Positions 10,664 to 20,352 of a stretch of 64,000 bases of DNA are shown here, one piece after another. The notes under the pieces are model-generated. The model saw nothing but the letters and a program-made list of their open reading frames with translations, had not been told where the DNA came from and made no database searches. The stretch lies in contig CATNEN010000001.1 of the NCBI GenBank assembly GCA_950097015.1, forward strand, positions 12,772,001 to 12,836,000, given 5' to 3'. Numbering within the stretch: the stretch's first letter is position 1; each line of letters opens with the position of its first letter. This DNA is from Macrostomum hystrix. Its lineage: Eukaryota; Animalia; Platyhelminthes. The position numbers were made by a program, and so were the translations under genes.

Positions 10664-13539
10664 TTCGAAGTTCTGTTCTCCAGCAGCCGCAGCACCTGCT
10701 GATGTCCCAGCTGCTCCGCCACCTGCGCGCACGTCTGGCCCCGACTGTCCCGATGACTCGCATCCGCTCCTCTGTCCATCAGAGTCTTGGCTGCTCGCGC
10801 GTGACCCGCCTCACAAGCTCGCGACAGAGCTGTCCGACCCTGACTGTCTTCAGCTCGCACTGACGCACCGAGATCCACCAGCCTCTCGATGAGCTCGTGA
10901 TGACCTGCATCAGCTGCCAGCATGAGAGCAGTGGCTCCTGTGCTGTCGGGCACATCGACATGTTCTCTGCTGAAACGCTTGTCATGGAGGAGTGTGAGAG
11001 CCAGTGCGACATGGCCATGGGAGATGGAGACACCGAGCAGCTGTGTGATCTGAGCTGGCTGCATTCGAGACAGAGTCTGGCTGAGAACATCGTTCCTGCC
11101 CTCAATGGCCATCGAGGCGGTAAAGCTGAGGACTTGGATGGACTGGAAGAGCCACTCGGGCTGAAGTCCAAGTTCCTTGACGACATTTTCACGGAGATAA
11201 GAGCAAGCCACGACTGCACAGACATAACGAAAATCTTGGTCAGCATCTGTCGCCAACAAAAATTTGACCACTTCCAACTGACCATATCTTGCAGCAGATT
11301 CCGCAGCCTCCTTGCAGCACTGATCTCTCAGTGTTTGGTCAGCAATTGTCGGCACCAAAAATTTCACCACTTCCAACTGACCTCTGCTTAAAGCTGATTC
11401 CGCAGCCTCCTTGCAGCACTGATCTCTCAGTGTTTGGTCAGCAATTGTCGGCACCAAAAATTTGACCACTTCCCACTGGCCATTGATTGCAGCAGATTCC
11501 GCAGCCTCCTTGCAGAACTGATCTCTCAGTGTTTGGTCAGCAATTGTCGGCACCAAAAATTTGACCACTTCCAACTGACCATTTCTTGCAGCAGGTCTCG
11601 CAGCCTCCTTGCAGCACTGATCTTTCAGTGTTTGGTCAGCAATTGTCGGCACCAAAAATTTGACCACTTCCCACTGGCCATTGATTGCAGCAGATTCCGC
11701 AGCCTCCTTGCAGCACTTATCTCTCAGTGTTTGGTCAGCAATTGTCGGCACCAAAAATTTGACCACTTCCCACTGGCCATTGATTGCAGCAGGTCTCGCA
11801 GCCTCCTTGCAGCACTGATCTCTCAGTGTTTGGTCAGCAATTGTCGGCACCAAAAATTTCACCACTTCCAACTGACCATTGTATGCAGCAGATTCCGCAG
11901 CCTCCTTGCAGCACTGATCTTTCAGTGTTTGGTCAGCAATTGTCGGCACCAAAAATTTGACCACTTCCAACTGACCATTTCTTGCAGCAGGTCTCGCAGC
12001 CTCCTTGCAGCACTGATCTTTCAGTGTTTGGTCAGCAATTGTCGGCACCAAAAATTTGACCACTTCCAACTGACGCTCACTAGCAGCAGATTTCGCAGCC
12101 TCCTTGCAGCACTGATCTTTCAGTGTTTGGTCAGCAATTGTCGGCACCAAAAATTTGACCACTTCCCACTGACCATTTCTTGCAGCAGGTCTCGCAGCCT
12201 CCTTGCAGCACTGATCTTTCAGTGTTTGGTCAGCAATTGTCGGCACCAAAAATTTGACCACTTCCAACTGACCATTTCTTGCAGCAGGTCTTGCAGCCTC
12301 CTTGCAGCACTGATCTTTCAGTGTTTGGTCAGCAATTGTCGGCACCAACAATTCGACCACTCCCCACTGATGATTGATTGCAGCATATTCCGCAGCCTCC
12401 TTGCAGCACTTATCTCTCAGTGTTTGGTCAGCAATTGTCGGCACCAAAAATTTGACCACTTCAAACTGACCATATCTTGCAGCAGGTCTCGCAGCCTCCT
12501 TGCAGAACTGATCTTTCAGTGTTTGGTCGGCAATTGTCGGCACCAAAAATTTGACCACTTCTAACTGACCCTTCCTTGCAGCAGATTCCGCAGCCTCCTT
12601 GCAGCACTTATCTCTCAGTGTTTGGTCAGCAATTGTCGGCACCAAAAATTTGACCACTTCCCACTGGCCATTGATTGCAGCAGATTTCGCAACCTCCTTG
12701 CAGCACTGATCTCTCAGTGTTTGATCAGCAATTGTCGGCACCAAAAATTTGACCACTTCCCACTGATGATTGATTGCAGCATATTTCACAGCCTCCTTGC
12801 AGCACTGATCTTTCAGTGTTTGGTCAGCAATTGTCGGCACCAAAAATTTGACCACTTCCAACTGACCATTGATTGCAGCATATTTCACAGCCTCCTTGCA
12901 GCACTGATCTTTCAGTGTTTGGTCAGCAATTGTCGGCACCAAAAATTTGACCACTTCCCACTGGCCATTGATTGCAGCAGATTTCGCAACCTCCTTGCAG
13001 CACTGATCTCTCAGTGTTTGATCAGCAATTGTCGGCACCAAAAATTTGACCACTTCCCACTGACCTAATCTTGCAGCAGATTCCGCAGCCTCCTTGCAGC
13101 ACTGACCTCTCAGTGTTTGGTCAGCAATTGTCGGCACCAAAAATTTGACCACTTCCCACTGACCATTGATTGCAGCGGATTCCACAGCCTCCTTGCAGCA
13201 CTGATCTCTCAGTGTTTGGTCCGCAACTGTCTGCACCAGAAGTTTCACAATTTCCCAGTGACGGTGATTCGCAGCAAGACGCCAATGCACTTCACACAGT
13301 CCATCTCTTCTGGAGCTGCTTTTGATTGATCTTAAGTGATTTCGAACTTCGGTTTTCAGCCCCTCTGCTACAGCTCGCTCAAAGCTGATTTTCTGTCCCA
13401 TCTGTCTATTCCTCCATCTGTCGATCCATCCATCTGTCAATGCATTTATCCAATCAAGGATTATCCGGAAATGGTATCTAGTAAGGATGGATTCAAGGAT
13501 AAATTTAAGCAACAAAACAAAAAATCCTGTCAGTTCCAT
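10664..13539 (-). CDS. Gene B coding exon 1: optional 46-aa hydrophobic leader, MGQKIS at 13401, 20 variable ankyrin-like repeats and canonical ANK
   Basis: ORF 10660..13539, with 20 CCKE/FCKE units counted. GTAAGT donor at 10663-10658, phase 2. Confidence 0.88.
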
Positions 13540-13945
13540 TTGTATGATGCCTTTTAGGAAATTTAAGTGATTTAAGTGAAGTTCGGTTTCCTGCTGGTGC
13601 TGCCCCTGTGCTACAGCTCGCTGATTTTCTGACCCATTTGTATGTTGCTTGGAGTTTTTAGAAACCTTCTTGACTTTCTTGATCTCTGAAAGTTTGATAA
13701 AAAACTAATTGAAAAGGTCATAAAAATTATCATGCTTTTGCCTCACATGAAGCGTATAAACTGTTCTTATAGTGGGAAATGGTTGGGGCTGGGAATTACA
13801 TATTGAATTTTTTTACCTCGAAAAAAAACTAAAGATAACCATTAATTTCTTTTGTGGCGCACTTTCAAGCCGTGAATTTATGGCAAATGAGAAGTGCAGT
13901 AGGAATATTCTGCCCACATGAACTCAAATTCTGGGGATTTCTAGG

Positions 13946-14031
13946 TGTGGATGGGATCAGCTGTGGATGGGATCAGCTGTGGATGGGATCAGCTGTGGAT
14001 GGGATCTGCTGTGGATGGGATCCGCTGTGGA
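13946..14031. repeat. Short copy of the 16-bp minisatellite upstream of gene B
   Basis: About 5 units. Confidence 0.9.
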
Positions 14032-14830
14032 CCCCTGAGGGAGCTTGGCAACCAAATTAACACTGAGGCTGCATGCATGAGACCAGAGACGAAAACAGGC
14101 ATGGAAATTTACTCAATTAGAAGGACATGCCGATCCACATAAATTCCACCAATATGCGAGTATTAATTGACCCTCCCCCAGTTAGAGCTTGTCTTGCATG
14201 GCAACCAATTCAACTGACACTGATTCGTGTGCACCTAGCGGGGCTGCAATCCCTGAATTCCATTGTCAAAAACTATCAGAAATACTCGAGTTACAGACGA
14301 ACTCCCCGCCTGGAGAGGGTGGGAAGTCACCAATATTATCAGAGCTTGTGAGTCGCAGTCACTCACGGCTCCCCAGCAGCTCACGGGCAGCGGCACGAAG
14401 CTCGCAGTCGCCTCACGGTTAATGGAAGAAGCAGGTGATGGGCTGAAAATGATGTTGAAAACAGGGAATGGAATTTGAAGGGGATAAGTTGTGCAGTGGA
14501 TCAAAAGGATATTTGATCAACACAACATGGATTTAATGGATTATAAAACGACAATAAAGTACTTTTATTCATAATTGGCTCAACTGATTGAAATAAAAAT
14601 ATCGAAGATTCGCTGGAGGTGGGATCAATACAGAGCCCCATCCTATGCCTATTCCAGCTAGCCCACAATTTATCGATTCCGTCGCTGGAGTTGTTGATGT
14701 GAGAGGAGGGCACGGGGCAAGACAAAGCTGGGATAAAATCTGAGCAAAGTGACTCACTGCTCACCAGCAGCTCACGGGGCGCGGCACTGAGTTTGTAATC
14801 GTCTAGCAGATGCTCGGAGAAGCTTTCAGA

Positions 14831-14927
14831 AGTGCTCAAGCTGTCAGGAGTGCTCAAGCTGTCAGGAGTGCTCAAGCTGTCAGGAGTGCTCAAGCTGTCA
14901 GGAATGCTCAAGCTGTCAGTGCTCAAA
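14831..14927. repeat. 18-bp repeat (GTGCTCAAGCTGTCAGGA)n
   Basis: Direct reading. The paralogous longer copy is at 52823-53041. Confidence 0.9.
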
Positions 14928-15817
14928 GAAGTTACGTTTGGCTTTTCTAAGAATTTGCAGCTCAGCCATGAGTTTTTAGAGCCAGTTGTGGGTGGGGCAT
15001 TTTGAAGCCTTGGTCCTGCTGAGTACAGGGGCCCGAAGCAACCAGACAACAACTCAAACTCAGATATGCACTCTCTAACAGAGTACTCGAGAAGAGCTCA
15101 GCAGAGAAGATGCATCTGTACTCAGAGATGAAGCAGCCCCCCTTCCTCCGGTTGGGTGATCTGAGAATGAGCATAAGAATGAGCACACCGCCTCCCGCAC
15201 TTCAACCTCAGGTGAAAATTTCTCCGGTGAAAATAAGCAGAATTGAAGAAGTTGGAAATGCGGACAGCATAGCAACTCATAGCTTGAGCTGATTGTGCCA
15301 AGGTGGGCAGAGGTTGAGCGCCTTTGCTTGCGTCTCCGTCTCCCTCTGTCTCTCAGCAACAACAATGTACACTGTCAAGATGGAAAGATCGATGCAAGGA
15401 ATACACCGACTGCGCAGCATTGTCGATGGAAAGAATTAGGCCTGGCCCTGTCTCCTCATATATTATAGCAGCTAGCAGACCTTCTTACAGGTGTTATCTA
15501 AGCAAGAACATGACCAGCTGTATGGAACAAAGCAACAGCTTTATGGTCCTGTTAATCTTCTCATCAAACTGTCTAAGTTAAGAAATGTTAATTTAATAAA
15601 TAGCTCGTAAGTTAAGCTATGTGAGAGTAACTCCAGCAAATCTTATTCCTAGCTGACGTTTCAGATGTACTATTTCACTATTTCACTATATATTATAAAG
15701 CTGATATGAGACCTTCAACACAGCAAATGCAGTAACGAATGGCCTCGCCCATCGGACATTATGCACATCTGCTGTACTTCAATCTGTTTGAAATCAATTC
15801 AAATCAAATATAAATTT

Positions 15818-15930
15818 GCTGACCCACACTGCACTGACCCACACTGCACTGACCCACACTGCACTGACCCACACTGCACTGACCCACACTGCACTGACCC
15901 ACACTGCAATGACCCACACTGCACTGACCC
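15818..15930. repeat. 15-bp minisatellite (CTGCACTGACCCACA)n
   Basis: Direct reading of the sequence. Confidence 0.95.
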
Positions 15931-16732
15931 CTGTAGGTGATGTGTGACCAGTGTTTATTGTTAGCCAATAGTAATCATGATCAGAATTTTTCGCTCAACA
16001 CAGAAACAGCATATTTAAATATTGAACAAGATAAAATATTTAATGATTTACAAGTGAGGAGCTCCTAAAAGAAGAAATCAGCTATTTACAATGCTGCAAT
16101 CGTCAATGACGGACACAAAAAAGAACTCAGAGAGCAGAGCTGATGTTCTCACAGTTTCAGAGCATTCGTCAAGTTTATCGTCAAGTTTTTAGCCAAGCCA
16201 GTGCTCAGATTGGCATTTACATAAGACAGCATGCGAAATGACTCTGCAACGACTGGGGAGAACTCCACTTTGAAGCGAAACTCAGAGCAAATCAAGGCAC
16301 TCAGGCTGCAGTTGCTGATAGTTAATTGAGCCTTTGACCGAGAGGGCATACCTCACTTTCTTACCAACTTCAGCTGCCTTCCGTTAACTTATCCAATTCC
16401 GTTAACTCTAGCTCAACTTTCGTCTACTTCCGCTAAATCTCTAAAAATTCCCTCAGCTTTCAAGCCCTGCAGCCGCTGCTTTTGCCATCAGCTGTTACCT
16501 CTGCTGAAAACAGCAAGAACTGATTCTCTAATTAACAGCAAATCTGCTTCAGTGAAAGTATTTTTAAACTATGAAAACAGAAAAAGCAAACATGAAAAGC
16601 AGATATATGAGAAGCAGTTATATACTACATTACATGTTATGTAATTTAATAACATTGTGACATGCCCATAAACCCAATCTTAAGCATCGCACTGTTGCGA
16701 AGATCTGCGATGTAGGGGAAGATTGTGGAGAT

Positions 16733-17544
16733 TGGGATCACAGAATAAACAGAATGGGATCACAGAATAAACAGAATGGGATCACAGGATAAACAGAATG
16801 GGATCACAGGATAAACAGAATGGGATCACAGAATAAACAGAATGGGATCACAGGATAAACAGAATGGGATCACAGAATAAACAGAATGGGATCACAGGAT
16901 AAACAGAATGGGATCACAGAATAAACAGAATGGGATCACAGGATAAACAGAATGGGATCACAGGATAAACAGAATGGGATCACAGGATAAACAGAATGGG
17001 ATCACAGGATAAACAGAATGGGATCACAGGATAAACAGAATGGGATCACAGAATAAACAGAATGGGATCACAGGATAAAAAGAATGGGATCACAGGATAA
17101 ACAGCATAGAGTAGTGGATAAACAGCATAGAACAGTGGATAAACAGCATAGAACAGTGGATAAACAGCATAGAACAGTGGATAAACAGCATAGAACAGTG
17201 GATAAACAGCATAGCACAGTGGATAAACAGCATAGAACAGTGGATAAACAGCATAGAACAGTGGATAAACAGCATAGAACAGTGGATAAACAGCATAGAA
17301 CAGTGGATAAACAGCATAGAACAGTGGATAAACAGCATAGCACAGTGGATAAACAGCATAGAACAGTGGATAAACAGCATAGAACAGTGGATAAACAGCA
17401 TAGAACAGTGGATAAACAGCATAGAACAGTGGATAAACAGCATAGAACAGTGGATAAACAGCATAGAACAGTGGATAAACAGCATAGAACAGTGGATAAA
17501 CAGCATAGAACAGTGGATAAACAGCATAGAACAGTGGATAAACA
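16733..17544. repeat. Compound minisatellite: 22-bp (ACAGAATGGGATCACAGGATAA)n then 21-bp (ACAGCATAGAACAGTGGATAA)n
   Basis: Direct reading. The unit switches near 17100. Confidence 0.95.
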
Positions 17545-17574
17545 GTCAAACTAAACAATCACTGCAGAACCAAC

Positions 17575-17924
17575 CTGAGCATAGGCCGTCTGAACAGCAT
17601 CCAAGGATATTCCTGTCGCAGTCTCGGCAGCAGATAGTGCAGACAGAGTCCAATAGCCAGCTCCACTAGAAGCAGTAGCGGATGCAGAGCAGGCTGCAGT
17701 GCTTTAAACAGAGTACTCACGTGAGCAGCAAATGCTAGAATAGCAATGAGTGCACACACTATAGCATTATTGGCTAGCCTATCCTGCATCGAGGTGGTCA
17801 TCTCTCGACGCAAAGGATCAGTTGAATCGTCCAACTGCTTGACGGCGACATTGTCGGCGGAGGTCAGCGGCTCGTCGGCTACTCGATCGCCGGCCGAATC
17901 CAAGTGACCACATTTAGGTCCCAA
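17575..17924 (-). pseudogene. pcx: Isolated pecanex-like exon fragment (multi-pass membrane region)
   Basis: DPL..RLANNAIVCALIAILAFAAHVSTLFKALQPAL..HYLLPRLRQEYPWMLFRRPML matches, from memory, the pecanex/PCNX segment (..FAIHVSTVF..LQPAL..HYVLPQVRKQLPW..HPLL). GT donor at 17574. In-frame TAA at 17925-17927. Confidence 0.7.
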
Positions 17925-18109
17925 TTAGTGTGTACTGCGGCGACCTAGTTGAGAATAACGACTACCTTCTATTCCAACCTGCTAGCTTCGATTCTAGCAT
18001 GCTTTAGCTCATATTTTCGGAAAACTGTTAGATAATGGAGTAACAAAATATTAAGATTAATTTGCATTCATCTTCTAAAACTGGGTTCGCGTTTGAACAC
18101 ATCAAATGG

Positions 18110-19560
18110 TCACTCATTATTCTGTCGCCTAATATCAATTTGATGCCAAAATCGGATTTGCTGCTGCAGCTTCTCCATCACCCAGTGGATCTTCGCCTCA
18201 TCCTGCGTCTCCATGGCGACGCGTCTCTCGTCCCTGACGGTCTCCATCTGTCGCAGGATGAAGTTCACGTGCTCAACTTGGTCGCTGTAGTAAGCCAGAT
18301 TGAGCAGCTCCTCCAAGTCCGGGTCCTCTTGCAGCTCTGAGAGCCACGCATTGAAGTCGATTGCTGTGCGATTGCGGAGCAGCTCAGCTTGGAGACTCCA
18401 GCTCAGGCAGCGGAAGTTCACGTACAGGTGCTCGGAGCGAGGCTGTGACAGTCTGGCTGTGAGCAGAGTCTGTGTGAACCCGGGAAGGAATGGAAATCGA
18501 GGCGGAGTGTCTGCGGGGAGGCAGAACCTCCACGCCCAGTCCGAGTCTGATGGCAAAGTGCTGTCTGAAGGTATGAGCCGATAATCTCCGATATCACCAG
18601 GCCTCATTCCACTCTGAACTCTGTGACTCTGGAGCTCCATCGCGAGTCTCTTAGCCTCCTCGGAGTCTCCGAACTTCAAATGCGCCATGGCGGTCATGCA
18701 CAGGGCGGCGCACTTGCACCACCGCAGCTGATGCAGGAGACTGAGCTGCCTCATCAGGGTGTCTCTGTCTGCAGACTCTGACTGCAGCTCGCGAACACAA
18801 TGGTGCACCACACTGTACACGTCTGCTGACATCTCATAACTATCACCAAATCCTTCCCTTATCTGAGTGACAGCAGGCGGCGCTGTCAGTGGCAGCAGAG
18901 TGAACAGGTGAAAGTAGAAATTCTCTGACTGCAGAGGTCTCACGAGACTCCTCATCTGCTCAACCACTCCGCCGATGTCGCTTCTCAGCTCTCTCAGTCG
19001 GTCTCGAACCATCGCCTTCGTGTTGTCGAAGTCGCCGCCGATTCCAGCGTTCTTGAAGTAGAGCGGAGCGTCGGGCATGAAGAAGTGCGGCATGCACTCA
19101 TCGGGTGAGCTGCTTGAGTCGATGAAGCTCAGCATCATGTCGAGAGACTCCTTGAGCAGTGAGATCAGATTCTGAGGCTGCCAAGCTTCAGCATTCGGGT
19201 CTGTGCCATGCTTCTCCAGCATGAAGAAGAGCAGAGTCTTTGCATGGTAGGTCTTGAGTCCAGGAGTGTCCAGAGTGAGTGGCAAATGTCGCTTAAAGAT
19301 GAACTTGATGATTGAGAACAGTTGTCCCTGGACTGTGCTCAGCCGTCTCATGGCCTTTTTCTCTTGGAAGCTGAAGCTCACTCTAAGCTCATTGGTCTCA
19401 TTCGGTCTGGTCGCCCTCACGAGGTGAACAGAAGTGTAGCTGTGTCCAATCAGCTTCTCGACTCTGTCCTCACAGAAGCCACTGCAGCACTGGATCGCAT
19501 GGCACGTGTCCTGAGCAGGCCGCACACCGCATGCCTTGGCTGAGACGGCAGGTTGGCTGC
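18110..19560 (-). CDS. Gene C coding exon 3: Mab-21 C-lobe and tail (spliced product 1026 aa)
   Basis: Acceptor AG at 19562-19561. Same Mab-21 motifs. Exon sum 3081 nt = 1027 codons. Confidence 0.9.
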
Positions 19561-19975
19561 CTGCAGTGAGTGGTGACCAGTGGAGCAGATTTTTGCGAAA
19601 CTTTATCGATAAGAAATTGGCAGTTATGTTTAATATCAAGAAATTGTAATTATTTCGCTCATGATATATTATAGCTCAAAACTATTATTTAGCTGACAGT
19701 TCAACTTTGAAATCGACAGCGACATTCGAAAAGTCAAAACGACATCCTAAATACTATAGTATTTATTGCTTAACGAAGCAGCATGTTCTCGATGTGATCA
19801 TTCGATTCCCAAGCTAAGGCATCCCATCGCTCAAACTGTACGTCACAAGGTAGTAGAAAAATGTGAACCAGAGGGAAATAATTATAAAAATGATAAATTT
19901 AACAATGAAATATTAATACACGCTCGTAAAAAGATGATAAAAATACTAAAAAAAAGAATATCAGGTGTGACTCAC

Positions 19976-20352
19976 CCGACCCCACTGCCACCTGAGCGTG
20001 ACCCTCCATGACAAGCAGCTTCGTGGCAGCTCTACAGTCTTTCCAAGGCTTCTTCGTTCCATCACAGCCGCGCTCCAGATGCAGCAGTTGGCCTTGAACC
20101 AGCACAGTCCAGTCAATGTCTGAGTCAGCCGCTGTCCTGCCGTTCACTTGCACCAGACTGTTGGCCCAGCCCTCTGCGTAGCTGCCTGTCATCTGCATCT
20201 GCGAGTTCTGAGTGAGGACTCGAGCGACTCTTTCCAGCCAGTCAGCCATTCTCTTCTGACACTTTGCTCTCTCCCGAGTGAATCCCGCCTCGCTGAGCAG
20301 TCGGCGCAGTTCCTCACTGAGCTGCCTGTCCCGCTGTGAGTCGTCACTGAGC
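19976..20352 (-). CDS. Gene C coding exon 2: cGLR NTase GS...DxD exon
   Basis: Acceptor AG at 20354-20353 and donor GTGAGT at 19975-19970. 377 nt, in frame. Confidence 0.88.

Noticed and set aside
11434-13329. Long plus-strand ORFs antisense to the ankyrin arrays (also 1288..2208, 23361..24308, 38186..38800, 50790..51128)
   Set aside because: They are shadow frames of a 99-bp repeat. They break wherever a sense codon such as TTA or CTA-type sequence creates a stop, and have no independent coding signal.
10660-13539. CRISPR-like or TALE interpretation of the regular repeats with variable inserts
   Set aside because: The units are in-frame coding repeats with ankyrin signatures and only a few variable codons. 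There are no unique spacers, no cas genes and no TALE consensus, and the context is eukaryotic.
19561-19639. ORF-track N-termini of exon-3 ORFs (MILNITANF.., also 46326-46404) and tails of exon-2 ORFs (..GESHLIFFFL..)
   Set aside because: These are intron read-through beyond conserved splice sites. The frame is not preserved in B and D.
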